64,000 nucleotides of DNA from Dehalococcoidia bacterium (GTDB taxonomy: Bacteria > Chloroflexota > Dehalococcoidia > Bin125). Shown here piece by piece: positions 37,721-47,398 of this stretch. The notes beneath the pieces were generated by a model. That model saw nothing but the letters and a program-made list of their open reading frames with translations. It did no database searches and was not told the origin of the DNA. Positions within the stretch are counted from its first letter, which is position 1, and each line of letters starts with the position of its first letter. A program made the translations under genes and the position numbers. The stretch is taken from contig OY820591.1 of assembly GCA_963555985.3 (NCBI GenBank), positions 384,001 through 448,000 on the forward strand. The letters run 5' to 3'.

Positions 37721-38089
37721 ATGCCCTTCGACTACACCTACCAATCCTCCATGACCGGCGTCGGCCAACTCGCACACTCCAACGAAGCCGGCCACGTCCG
37801 CATCAAAGCGCTCGCCATCCTCATCCGCGAACTCTCCCCCTCCAACTCCAAGACCCGAGAGATCCACCACGCGCTCGACCTCGAACCCCACCCCGAACCC
37901 GCGCCCAAGCCCAAACCCAACCACTCCCCCCGCCTGCCCGAAGCCCCGCTCACTCCCGAGCAGAAGAAGGACTTCCACCTCCACCCGATGTTCGAGATCT
38001 ACGACGAAGTCGTCGCCTTCATGCGCGGCGAAGACGTCCCTTTGAGCGAGGACGAGCAAAGCGCCGAAGAAGAGGAAGAGCCGCAGTAA
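37721..38089 (+). CDS. Hypothetical protein (cassette ORFan)
   Basis: AAGGA RBS; paralog at 59745-60101 keeps frame across an indel. Confidence 0.7.
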   Translation: MPFDYTYQSSMTGVGQLAHSNEAGHVRIKALAILIRELSPSNSKTREIHHALDLEPHPEPAPKPKPNHSPRLPEAPLTPEQKKDFHLHPMFEIYDEVVAFMRGEDVPLSEDEQSAEEEEEPQ

Positions 38090-38097
38090 TCCCCCGA

Positions 38098-38125
38098 CCG
38101 CAAGCGGCGACCCCCTCGTTTTTTT
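38098..38125 (+). terminator. Weak terminator-like hairpin + T7 run
   Basis: CCGC-AA-GCGG then T7; conserved in both cassette copies; stem is short and offset from the T run. Confidence 0.3.
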
Positions 38126-38254
38126 CTCACAGCCCCCGTCAGGCCGCGAACCGCGACCGTCCAGTCCCTACCGTGCCCGCACCCCCAATCAGCCCCTGAC
38201 ACAATGCTCCGATAGCATCTAATCGAGACCCCAACGACCAAGCCGGAGTCCCCC

Positions 38255-38917
38255 GTGCGCTTCGCTGTCCTCGTCTTCCCCGGCACCTGGAGCGACCACG
38301 ACTGCGTCCACGCCCTCCAAGACCTCGGCCAAACCGCCGAGCGCGTCTGGCACCGCGAATCCAACCTCGACCGCTACGACGGCGTCATCCTCCCTGGAGG
38401 CTTCTCCTACGGCGACCACCTCCGCTGTGGAGCCATCGCCCGCTTCTCCCCCGTCATGCTCGCCCTCGAACGCTTCGCCCAATCAGGACGCCCCGTCTTC
38501 GGCTCCTGCAACGGCTTCCAAATCCTCTGCGAAGCCGGACTCCTCCCCGGCGCGCTCATCCGCAACGCCTCCCTCCAGTTCCGCTGCCAACCGCAAATGC
38601 TCCGTGTCGAACACGCCGACAGCGGCTTCACCAGCGCCTGCGAAGACGGACAACTCCTCCAACTCCCCATCTCCCACGGCGAGGGCCAATACCACGCAAC
38701 ACCCGAAGTCCTCGACGAACTCGAAGACGCCGGCCGCGTCCTCTTCCGCTACCACGGCGAGAACCCCAACGGCTCCCTCCGCGACATCGCCGGCATCCTC
38801 AACCCCCAGGGCAACATCCTCGGCATGATGCCCCACCCCGAACGAGCCTCCGACTCCCTCCTCGGCGGTACCGACGGCAACTACATCTGGCGCTCCATGA
38901 TCGAACGCTGGAGCTAA
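38255..38917 (+). CDS. purQ: FGAM synthase glutaminase subunit
   Basis: FPG, PGGFSYGD, CNGFQILCEAGLLPG, HGEG, NPNGS, MMPHPER. Confidence 0.96.
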   Translation: MRFAVLVFPGTWSDHDCVHALQDLGQTAERVWHRESNLDRYDGVILPGGFSYGDHLRCGAIARFSPVMLALERFAQSGRPVFGSCNGFQILCEAGLLPGALIRNASLQFRCQPQMLRVEHADSGFTSACEDGQLLQLPISHGEGQYHATPEVLDELEDAGRVLFRYHGENPNGSLRDIAGILNPQGNILGMMPHPERASDSLLGGTDGNYIWRSMIERWS

Positions 38918-38919
38918 AT

Positions 38920-38948
38920 CCGTCATTCCCGCGAAGGCGGGAATCTCG
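38920..38948 (+). repeat. REP-like family B variant
   Basis: CCGTCATTCCCGCGAAGGCGGGAATCTCG (ATTCCC-N8-GGGAAT). Confidence 0.8.
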
Positions 38949-39030
38949 AACCTCCCACTTCGCTCACGGCACAACCTGCGACGTACTCCTCAGCTCAGTT
39001 TGCACACACCCCGCACGAAACTACCCCGCC

Positions 39031-41292
39031 ATGCCCACCTACCCACCCCCTACGCACGCCCCGCCAGCACCCATCGACGACGGCATCCTCGCCCAGATCG
39101 CCCTCAGCCCCGACGAGTACGCCCGCGCCCGCAACATGCTCGGACGCGAACCGTCCGAGGTCGAACTTGGCATGATCGGCGCGCTCTGGAGCGAGCACTG
39201 CGGCTACAAACACTCCCGCCCTCTCTTCCACCACTTCCCCACCGAAGACGAACGCATCCTCACCAGCCTCGGCGAAGAGAACGCCGGAGCCATCGCCATC
39301 AGCGAGGGCTGGGTCGCGGTGATGAAGATCGAATCCCACAATCACCCCTCCGCAATCGAACCCTATGAAGGCGCAGCCACTGGCGTCGGCGGCATCGTCC
39401 GCGACATCTTCGCCATGGGCGCGCAACCGATCGCCCTGCTCGATTCGCTCCGCTTCGGCCCGCTCGATGATCCCGACGGAGGCCCCCGCAACCGCCGCCT
39501 CTGCACCGGCGTCGTCGCCGGCATCGGCGGCTACGGCAACTGCCTCGGCATCCCCACTATCGGCGGCGAACTCGTCTTCGGCGACTCCTACAGCGGCAAC
39601 CCTCTGGTTAACGCCATGTGCCTCGGCGTCGCCCCGCGCGGACAACTGATCTCCGCCACCGCTGGCCCGCCCGGTACCCGCCTCATGATCGTCGGCGCAG
39701 ACACCGGCCGCGACGGGCTGCACGGCGCCACCTTCGCCTCAGTCGAACTGGACGAATCCTCCGCCGAGCGCCGCCCAGCCGTCCAGGTGGGCAACCCCTT
39801 CCTCGAAAAGCTGCTCATGGACGCCTGCGTCGGACTCGTCCGCGACCACCGCGACTGGATCGAGGGACTCCAGGACTGCGGCGCAGCCGGCATTACCTCG
39901 TCCACCGTCGAAATGGCCGAGCGCGCCGGCGCGGGCATTCGCATCCAGACCGCCAACGTCCCCCGCCGCGAGACCGGCATGACCCCCTACGACGTAATGC
40001 TCTCCGAGTCGCAGGAGCGCATGATCGTCGCCGTCAAGCCCAATCACGTCCCCGATGTCGCCGAGTGGTTCGCCTACTGGGACCTCCACGCCGACGAGAT
40101 CGGCGAGGTCACCGACGACGGCATTGCCCGAGTCTTCGACGGCGACGCCGAAGTCGCCGCCATCCCGGTCGAACTCCTCACCACCCCGCCCGCCTATACG
40201 CCCGAAGCAATCCGCGACCCCGGTACCGCCCAACGAGCCGCCTTCGATCCAGCAACTCTCCCCGACCTCGAACCTGCCGAAGCGAACGACGCCCTGCTCC
40301 AACTCCTCGCCTCGCCCAACATCGCCTCCAAACGCTGGGTCTACCGCCAGTACGACCACCAGGTCGGTACCAACACCGTGATCACCCCCGGCTCCGACGC
40401 CGCCGTCCTGCGCCTGCGCGGACTCCAACAAGGACTCGCCCTCTGCACCGACGGCCCCGGTCGCGCCGTCGAGCTCGACCCCTACGCCGGTACCGCCCGC
40501 GCCGTCGCCGAAGCCGCTCGCAACGTCGCTTGCACCGGCGCACGCCCCGCCGCCGTCACCGACTGCCTCAACTTCGCCAACCCCGAACGTCCGCACATCT
40601 ACTACCAGCTGAGCCAGGCCATCCAGGGCATGGCCGACGCCTGCCGAGCCCTCGCTACCCCCGTCGTCAGCGGCAACGCCAGCCTCTACAACGAGTCCGA
40701 AGACGGCCCCGTCGCCCCAACCCCCGTCGTCGGAATGCTCGGCATCCTCAAAGATGTGCGCCAGGCACTCCCAATGGCTTTCCAGTCCGAAGGCGACGAA
40801 ATCTGGCTGCTAGGCGCAGACCTGGAGCAGCCAGCCGCAACGCTAGGCGGCAGCGAGTATCTGGCAGTCAGGCACGGTCTCGCAGCGGGGCCGATCACAG
40901 TCGATCTGAACGCCGAGCGAGCGCTGGTCGACACCCTCGTCGAAGCAGCCGAAGCCAACCTCCTCAAGTCAGCCCACGACTGCGCCGACGGAGGTCTGGC
41001 CGTCGCAATCGCCGAGTCCGCGATCGCAAGCGGAATCGGCGCAGAAGTGAAAGCAATCACCGGTCGTCTCGACGCAGCTCTCTTCGGCGAAGCCGGAGCG
41101 CGAGCAGTTGTGACTCTGGCGGCGGATCAAAGCGAAGCTCTGCGCCGGCTCGCAGCGCGGCATGGGCTAGGAGCCACACCGATCGGAACAGTTGGCGGAG
41201 ATCGTCTGCTGCTCGAAGGTTCGATCGACCTTCCCATCAACGCGATTGCAGAAGAATGGCAATCAGCTCTACCCAGACTGCTCGACGCCTAG
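39031..41292 (+). CDS. purL: FGAM synthase subunit PurL
   Basis: WSEHC, KIESHNHPS, GAATGVGG, SESQERM, DCLNF, SGNASLYNE. Confidence 0.96.
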   Translation: MPTYPPPTHAPPAPIDDGILAQIALSPDEYARARNMLGREPSEVELGMIGALWSEHCGYKHSRPLFHHFPTEDERILTSLGEENAGAIAISEGWVAVMKIESHNHPSAIEPYEGAATGVGGIVRDIFAMGAQPIALLDSLRFGPLDDPDGGPRNRRLCTGVVAGIGGYGNCLGIPTIGGELVFGDSYSGNPLVNAMCLGVAPRGQLISATAGPPGTRLMIVGADTGRDGLHGATFASVELDESSAERRPAVQVGNPFLEKLLMDACVGLVRDHRDWIEGLQDCGAAGITSSTVEMAERAGAGIRIQTANVPRRETGMTPYDVMLSESQERMIVAVKPNHVPDVAEWFAYWDLHADEIGEVTDDGIARVFDGDAEVAAIPVELLTTPPAYTPEAIRDPGTAQRAAFDPATLPDLEPAEANDALLQLLASPNIASKRWVYRQYDHQVGTNTVITPGSDAAVLRLRGLQQGLALCTDGPGRAVELDPYAGTARAVAEAARNVACTGARPAAVTDCLNFANPERPHIYYQLSQAIQGMADACRALATPVVSGNASLYNESEDGPVAPTPVVGMLGILKDVRQALPMAFQSEGDEIWLLGADLEQPAATLGGSEYLAVRHGLAAGPITVDLNAERALVDTLVEAAEANLLKSAHDCADGGLAVAIAESAIASGIGAEVKAITGRLDAALFGEAGARAVVTLAADQSEALRRLAARHGLGATPIGTVGGDRLLLEGSIDLPINAIAEEWQSALPRLLDA

Positions 41293-41333
41293 CGGCCTGG
41301 CTAGACTGGCTGCACTGACACGGAGAGGCACAG

Positions 41334-42254
41334 ATGGTCGCCGCACGGCGTGACTTTGAAGAACTCTTGCTGGAGCACGGCTTCTCGCCCGAACGCGCCC
41401 ACTACTGGGCATCCGCGCTCGAACGCGCTGCTCATGCGGTCACGCAGGAGGAGTTCGAGGCTGGTCTCGAGCGGGCGATTGAGCGAATGACTGCGGTCAT
41501 GCGCGAGGAGTTCGCCAAGCGTGATGTCGAAATTGCTGCGCTCAGGACCCAACTCCAATACCTCATCGATCAGCGTCAGGAGGACCTCGATCGCCTACAA
41601 GCCCAGCGTCATGAAGACCTGGAGCGCGGGCGCGCCGAGCGTCAGGAACTCATCGATCGCCTAAATGCGGAACGCCAGGAAGACCTGGAACGCTCGCAGG
41701 CTGAGCACCAGGAATTCATCGATCGCCTAAATGCGGAGCGCCAGGAAGACCTTGAGCACTCGCAGGCCGATAGCGAGCGCTTGCGCGCGGAGCGCCAGGA
41801 GGACCTCGAGCGCTCGCAGGCCGATAGCGAGCGCTTGCGCGCGGAACGTCAGGAAGACCTCGAGCGCTTGCGCGCGGAACGCCAGGAAGACCTCGAGCGC
41901 TTGCAGGCCGATAGCGAGCGCTTGCGCGCGGAGCGCCAGGAGGACCTCGAGCGCTCACAGGCCGATAGCGAGCGCTTGCGCGCGGAGCGCCAGGAGGACC
42001 TGGAGCGCTCACAGGCCGATAGCGAGCACTTGCGCGCGGAGCGCCAGGAAGACGTCGAGCGCTTGCGCGCGGAGCGCCAGGAAGACCTGGAACGCCTACG
42101 CATTCAACGCCAGGAAGACCTCGAACGTCTGCGTATCCAGCGCCAGGAAGACCTTGAGCGGGAGCGTGCCGCTCGCCAAGAGCGCCGCGCCATTGCTCTC
42201 GCCTTGGGCGGCACGCTGATCGCGCTACTCCTGAGAGTCTTCGGCGCGATCTAG
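41334..42254 (+). CDS. Membrane-anchored coiled-coil repeat protein
   Basis: ERQEDLERLRA (11 aa) and 18-aa repeats; tail LLRVFGAI like that of 16532-17035. Confidence 0.8.
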   Translation: MVAARRDFEELLLEHGFSPERAHYWASALERAAHAVTQEEFEAGLERAIERMTAVMREEFAKRDVEIAALRTQLQYLIDQRQEDLDRLQAQRHEDLERGRAERQELIDRLNAERQEDLERSQAEHQEFIDRLNAERQEDLEHSQADSERLRAERQEDLERSQADSERLRAERQEDLERLRAERQEDLERLQADSERLRAERQEDLERSQADSERLRAERQEDLERSQADSEHLRAERQEDVERLRAERQEDLERLRIQRQEDLERLRIQRQEDLERERAARQERRAIALALGGTLIALLLRVFGAI

Positions 42255-42262
42255 TGAGACAA

Positions 42263-43486
42263 TCAGTCCCCAGCCGCGGCCGAACCCTGACTCCGCACTG
42301 CCGTCACGCCCGAATCGTGCAGACGCTCGATGTCGGCCCAGTCGTAGCCCAGATCGAGCAGCGTCAACTCGGTGTCCTGACCCAGCTCTGGCGCGGCGCG
42401 TTTCACCTCAGTGTGCGTCTCCGAGAACGACACCGGGATACCCACGACCTTGTGATGCTCGAAGTGCGGGTGCTCCGCCTCTTGCAGGTAGCCGTTCAGC
42501 CAGAAATGCTCGTCTTCGTCGACTCCCTGGTAGTCGTAGACGGGGCCGCAGGGGATGCGCTGGGCGATCAGCCGCTCCAGCCACTCGTCGCGCCCGCGCG
42601 TGAGGAAGGTCGCCTCCAGTTCGCTGCGCAGCCACTCCTCGTTGTCGCGCCGCGCGAACGGATCGGTCGTGCGCTCGTCAGCCAGCAGGTCGGGACGTTC
42701 CAGGGCCTTGCACAGACCCGGCCAAGACTTCGGGTCCAACAGTCCCATCGTCAGCCACTCGCCGTCGCCGGCCTGATACCACGAGAAGGTCGCGCTGAAC
42801 GAGCGTCCCGGCTTGAGTACGAACTGGTGCTGATTGTGCAGATACGCCTGCAACGACAGCGCTTGCAAGGTCAGCATCGCCCCAAGCTGCGAGACGTCGA
42901 TCTTCTGGCCGACTCCGAAGCGCTCTCGCGCCAGCAAGGCCGTCATGATCCCGTAGGCGAACATGATCGAACCGGTCTGGTCTGCCAGACCCCATGGAGC
43001 AGTGATCGGCCGTTCGCCCGGCCCGCCGCCGAGTGCGACCATCGCGCCCGACATCCCCTGCGCGACGACGTCGAACGAACCGCGCGTCGCCCACTCGCCC
43101 TTTGGCCCGAAGCCGGAGTTGGTCGCATAGATCAGGCGCGGATTGACTTGGCGCAGGTCTTCGTAGCCCAACCCAATCGAGTCGAGATAGCCGGGCCGGA
43201 AGTTCTCGGTGAGCACGTCCGCATCGGCGATCAGCTTGTGCACGACCTCGATCGCGCCGTCGGCGCGCAGATCAAGCGTCATCGAGCGCTTGCCTCGGTT
43301 CAGCGCCTCGAAGTAGGAGCAGAAGCCGTCCGGGCCAACTCCCAGTTGGCGGCCCGGATCGCCGTTACCGGGCATCTCCACCTTGAGCACCTCCGCGCCC
43401 ATGTCGGCCAGCATCGCCGTGGCGTGGGGGCCGTTCTGGTAGCGGGTCAGATCAACTACGCGAATACCTTCGAGTGGCGCGGGCAT
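42263..43486 (-). CDS. Family III CoA transferase (CaiB/BaiF)
   Basis: PLEGIRVVDL, ADMGAEV, NRGKRS, ENFRPG, APELGQDT. Confidence 0.94.
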   Translation of the reverse strand: MPAPLEGIRVVDLTRYQNGPHATAMLADMGAEVLKVEMPGNGDPGRQLGVGPDGFCSYFEALNRGKRSMTLDLRADGAIEVVHKLIADADVLTENFRPGYLDSIGLGYEDLRQVNPRLIYATNSGFGPKGEWATRGSFDVVAQGMSGAMVALGGGPGERPITAPWGLADQTGSIMFAYGIMTALLARERFGVGQKIDVSQLGAMLTLQALSLQAYLHNQHQFVLKPGRSFSATFSWYQAGDGEWLTMGLLDPKSWPGLCKALERPDLLADERTTDPFARRDNEEWLRSELEATFLTRGRDEWLERLIAQRIPCGPVYDYQGVDEDEHFWLNGYLQEAEHPHFEHHKVVGIPVSFSETHTEVKRAAPELGQDTELTLLDLGYDWADIERLHDSGVTAVRSQGSAAAGD

Positions 43487-43553
43487 GATGTTCCTCCTCC
43501 AGGAGCAGATAGAACGAGAATATCCGATTCTCCGTCCCTATTACTCTCTCTCC

Positions 43554-44246
43554 ATGCTCGCCGAAGTCTTCGAGACCCCCGACGCCGCCGTCGCCGATAT
43601 CCCCAACGGCTCCTCGATCCTCGTCGGCGGCTTCGTCTCTGCCGGTACGCCCTCGAACCTGATCCGCGCGCTTACCCGCACCGGCCAGACCAGTCTCACC
43701 GCAATCGCCAACAACATCGGCCTCGGCGACCTGCTCGACGAGCTTTGCGAACAGCGACAGCTTGCCAAAGTGATCGCCACCTTTGCCATCCGCGCCTCCG
43801 GCGCCCGCCGCTCGCGCTTCGAGACGCTCTACCACAACGGCGAGGTCGAACTCGAACTGGTGCCGCAGGGCACCCTGATCGAGCGTATCCGCGCGGGCGG
43901 CGCAGGACTCGGCGGCGTCCTCACCCAAACCGGACTTGGCACGATGATCGCGGAAGGCAAGCAGACTGTGGAGATTGATGGGCAGACCTGGCTGCTCGAA
44001 CGTCCGCTGCGAGCTGACATCGCCTTGCTCAAAGCGTGGCGCGGCGACCGCCACGGCAACCTCCAATTCCAGCTTGCCGGACGCAACTTCAATCCAGTCA
44101 TGGCGACCGCTGCCGACCTTGTGATCGCTGAAGTCGAGCAGCTCGTCGAGCCGGGCGAGATCGATCCAGCCGATGTCCACGTCCCCGCCGTCTACGTCGA
44201 CCGGATCGTCCGCTGCGATCCGATTCCCGTGCGCTGGGAGGGCTGA
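43554..44246 (+). CDS. 3-oxoacid CoA-transferase subunit A
   Basis: VGGF...GTP, PQGTLIERIRAGG, NFNPVMA; start at ATG 43554. Confidence 0.92.
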   Translation: MLAEVFETPDAAVADIPNGSSILVGGFVSAGTPSNLIRALTRTGQTSLTAIANNIGLGDLLDELCEQRQLAKVIATFAIRASGARRSRFETLYHNGEVELELVPQGTLIERIRAGGAGLGGVLTQTGLGTMIAEGKQTVEIDGQTWLLERPLRADIALLKAWRGDRHGNLQFQLAGRNFNPVMATAADLVIAEVEQLVEPGEIDPADVHVPAVYVDRIVRCDPIPVRWEG

Positions 44247-44249
44247 GCG

Positions 44250-44912
44250 ATGCCGCCGATTGGGCTCAGCCGCGAACTGATCGCTCTGCGCGCTGCCCGC
44301 GAGCTCAAGCCCGGCTCGGTCGTCAATCTCGGTATCGGCCTGCCCACGCTAGTCGCGGGCTTCGTCGAACCGGAGGACAATATCCTCTTTCAGGCCGAAA
44401 ATGGCATCCTGGGCTATGCCGGGATCTCCGCTTCCGACTACCAACCCGATCTGATCAACGCCGGCGGACAGCCCGTCGATCTCGTGCCCGGCGCGAGCTT
44501 CTTCGACACTGCCGACTCCTTCGCCATGATTCGAGGCGGGCACATCGACACCGCCATCCTCGGCGGACTTCAGGTCTCGGCGCAGGGCGATCTCGCCAAC
44601 TGGTATGTCCCCGCGCGCGGTGGCGGCAGCGTCGGCGGTGCGATGGACCTGGCCATCGGCGCGAAACAACTGATCATTGCGATGGCCCACACCACCCGCG
44701 AGGGCGATCCGCGCATCGTCGAAGTCTGCGACTATCCGCTCACCGCACCCCGCTGTGTTGACGTGATCATCACCGACCTTGCCACAATCGATGTCACCGC
44801 CGACGGACTGGTCTTACGTGAGACTGCGCCCGGTATAGACGCCTCCGAGGTGCAGCGCTTCACTGACGCGCCGCTCGCGATTCCGGCAAACCTTCCCGAA
44901 ATGAGCCTGTGA
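44250..44912 (+). CDS. 3-oxoacid CoA-transferase subunit B
   Basis: VNLGIGLPT, AENG, GGAMDL. Confidence 0.93.
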   Translation: MPPIGLSRELIALRAARELKPGSVVNLGIGLPTLVAGFVEPEDNILFQAENGILGYAGISASDYQPDLINAGGQPVDLVPGASFFDTADSFAMIRGGHIDTAILGGLQVSAQGDLANWYVPARGGGSVGGAMDLAIGAKQLIIAMAHTTREGDPRIVEVCDYPLTAPRCVDVIITDLATIDVTADGLVLRETAPGIDASEVQRFTDAPLAIPANLPEMSL

Positions 44913-44992
44913 CCCAGACCGACGCGCTGGCGGGTGCGCTATCCTATCTGGCGGTGGCTAATCACAGGCCACATGTGGAAGGGATCGGGGAC

Positions 44993-45538
44993 ATGCGCGG
45001 TGTATTCAAGGTCATCGGACGTGGAGCTCAGGTGCTCAGTCGCGGACCCGTCACTGTTCATTACCCCTACGAGAAGAAACAGCTGCCCAAGCGCGCCCGT
45101 ACCTTCCCCTACCTGATCTGGAATCACGAGCTCGAAGAGCCGAACTGCACTGGCTGCGGCAAGTGCGCCGCCGCCTGTCCGGTCGACTGCATGACCACCA
45201 CCTTGATGAAGAATCCCGCCCACGCCGCCGGCAAGAGCAATCACAAGTCGGTCATCGACGATTTCTACATCGACTTCGGCCGTTGCATGCGCTGCAACAT
45301 CTGCGTCGAGGTCTGCCCCTTCGACGCCATCGCCATGCTCCCGCTCTGGGAGGGTCACGAGCAGACCAAGTACGACCGCCGCGAGCTGGTGATGGACCTC
45401 GACGACCTGCTCGCGCCAAGCCGAGCCGACGTCAATCTGCCCTTCTGGATTCCGGAGACGATCCTCGAGAAGACCGAGAAGGAGCGGGTGAACCGCAAAG
45501 AGTTTGCCGCGCAGCTCGCCTCTGGCGAGGAAGAGTAG
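44993..45538 (+). CDS. Stand-alone NuoI-like 2[4Fe-4S] protein
   Basis: VTVHYPYEK, CTGCGKCAAACP, FYIDFGRCMRCNICVEVCPFDAI. Confidence 0.85.
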   Translation: MRGVFKVIGRGAQVLSRGPVTVHYPYEKKQLPKRARTFPYLIWNHELEEPNCTGCGKCAAACPVDCMTTTLMKNPAHAAGKSNHKSVIDDFYIDFGRCMRCNICVEVCPFDAIAMLPLWEGHEQTKYDRRELVMDLDDLLAPSRADVNLPFWIPETILEKTEKERVNRKEFAAQLASGEEE

Positions 45539-45550
45539 TCCGGGCCTCAG

Positions 45551-46426
45551 CTAGACCAGTTCGCCTGCCTCGCGTCGCCGGGCCAAATCGGCAAAGTCGA
45601 GTTGCGCCGGAGCGCCTCGGGAGAGGATTCTGTCGACCCGGTCCCTCACGATCTCGTCGAAACCTGGGTGCGGCAGGATGTAGAACGTGTCGTTGACGAT
45701 GGCGTCCCAAACGAGCGAGGCGACGTTGCCCGGATCCATAGCGGTGTGCCACCCCATCTCGGCAGCAAAGCCCTCTTGCGTGGGCTCGGCGGGCCCGCCG
45801 AACTGATCGGGCCGATTGCGCTCGGCGTTGAGCAGATTCGTATTCACAAGGCCGGGACAGAGCACGCTGGCGGAGATATTCGAATCGATTGCGCGAAGGT
45901 CGAGATAGAGGCCCTCGCTGAGCGACAGGACGCCATGCTTGGAGACGCTGTAGGCCCCGGAACCGGCAACGATCCCGCCCACCGAGGAGGTGTTGACTAC
46001 GTGCCCCGGCTCGCCGTGTTCAATCATGTGCGGCAGGAATGTCTGGATCCCGTAGAGCACGCCGTAGAAGTTGACGCCCAACACCCAGCCCCAGGTCGCG
46101 TCGGGGATGTCCCATAGATGGCGAGTCCCGCCGTCCTCGCTACTGGTCACGCCGGCGTTGTTGCAGAGCACGTGGATGTTGCCAAAGCGGTCGATCGCCT
46201 GGTCGCGCAGCGATTCAATTGATTCGCGCTGGATCGTGTTGACTTCGATGCCGACGACGCTGCGCTCCTCTTGCTCCAGTCGCGTGACGGCCGCTTTGAG
46301 CGCGTCGGTCTCGATATCGGCGAGGACCACGTTCATGCCCTCGGCGGCGAAGCGCTCGGCGAAGGCGAAGCCCATGCCCGAGGCGGCGCCCGTGACGACC
46401 GCGGTGGCGTTGCTGAAATCGCGCAT
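45551..46426 (-). CDS. SDR oxidoreductase (array member 5)
   Basis: TGAASGMG, NNAG, YSVSK. Confidence 0.93.
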   Translation of the reverse strand: MRDFSNATAVVTGAASGMGFAFAERFAAEGMNVVLADIETDALKAAVTRLEQEERSVVGIEVNTIQRESIESLRDQAIDRFGNIHVLCNNAGVTSSEDGGTRHLWDIPDATWGWVLGVNFYGVLYGIQTFLPHMIEHGEPGHVVNTSSVGGIVAGSGAYSVSKHGVLSLSEGLYLDLRAIDSNISASVLCPGLVNTNLLNAERNRPDQFGGPAEPTQEGFAAEMGWHTAMDPGNVASLVWDAIVNDTFYILPHPGFDEIVRDRVDRILSRGAPAQLDFADLARRREAGELV

Positions 46427-46438
46427 GTTGCTGCTCCC

Positions 46439-47335
46439 CTAGACGATCTCGCCCTGTGCCCGGCGTTGCATCATCTTCTCGAAATCGACCTCGACCGGCT
46501 GTTGGCCGTCCAGGATCGCCTCGACTCGCTCGCGGACGATATCTCGCCAGCCGTCGTGGGGCAGGATGTAGAGCTGATCGTTGACCATCGCCTGCCAGAC
46601 CAATTCAGCGACATCGGACGGATCCATGCCTCCACCCAGGAAGATCCGAGAGGCGGCGCGCTGTGCTTCGTTGGCCTCGATCGATTCGCCAAATTCGCTG
46701 GGGCGATTACGTTCCGCCTCGGTGATCTGCGTGTTGACAAATCCCGGGCAGAGGACCGACGCGGAGATATTGGAGTTCGCGGTTCGCAGATGATGCCAGA
46801 GACCCTCGGTCAACGTCAGCACACCGTGCTTCGAGACGCTGTATGCAGATGCACCGGGGATCAGTCCGGCGACTGAGGCCGTGTTGACGATGTGGCCTTC
46901 CTCGCCGTGCTCAAGCATGTGCGGGACGAACACTTGCAAGCCGTAGAGCACGCCCCAGAAGTTGACGCCCATCACCCAGTCCCAGGTCGAATCGGGCACT
47001 TCCCAGACCGGAACCGCGCCGGTTCCGGGACCGAGGCCGCCGTCCCGGCGCGAAGTCACGCCGGCGTTGTTGCAGATCACGTGGATCTTGCCAAAGCGCT
47101 CGATCGCCTGATCGCGGAGGTTCTCAAGCGTCTCGCGGCGCATCGTATTGACCTCGACCCCGATGACGTTGCGCTCCTGCTGTTCGAGCCGGGTGACGGC
47201 GGCATTGAGCGCGTCGGTTTCGATATCGGCCAGGACCACGTTCATGCCCTCGGCGGCGAAGCGCTCGGCGAAGGCGTAGCCCATGCCGCTTGCTGCACCG
47301 GTGATGACTGCCGTCCCGCCGGAAAATTCGCGCAT
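46439..47335 (-). CDS. SDR oxidoreductase (array member 4)
   Basis: TGAASGMG, NNAG, YSVSK. Confidence 0.93.
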   Translation of the reverse strand: MREFSGGTAVITGAASGMGYAFAERFAAEGMNVVLADIETDALNAAVTRLEQQERNVIGVEVNTMRRETLENLRDQAIERFGKIHVICNNAGVTSRRDGGLGPGTGAVPVWEVPDSTWDWVMGVNFWGVLYGLQVFVPHMLEHGEEGHIVNTASVAGLIPGASAYSVSKHGVLTLTEGLWHHLRTANSNISASVLCPGFVNTQITEAERNRPSEFGESIEANEAQRAASRIFLGGGMDPSDVAELVWQAMVNDQLYILPHDGWRDIVRERVEAILDGQQPVEVDFEKMMQRRAQGEIV

Positions 47336-47398
47336 GGTCCATCCTCTCAGAGTGTTCTGAGGTGTCGTTCGACGATGGGTGCAGTCTACGAGTGGCTC

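Larger units (their letters stand above)
37545..38180 (+). repeat. ORFan cassette copy 1 (REP + promoter + ORF + 3' tail)
   Basis: Homologous along its length to the reverse complement of about 59655-60410. Confidence 0.85.

Noticed and set aside
37721-38089. ORF as purS
   Set aside because: No DPQG-type PurS motif; a paralog lies in an unrelated context
41570-42180. Repeats as CRISPR array
   Set aside because: In-frame coding repeats with no unique spacers
42254-43978. 574-aa plus-strand ORF and similar long overlapping ORFs
   Set aside because: High-GC shadow frames of well-supported genes
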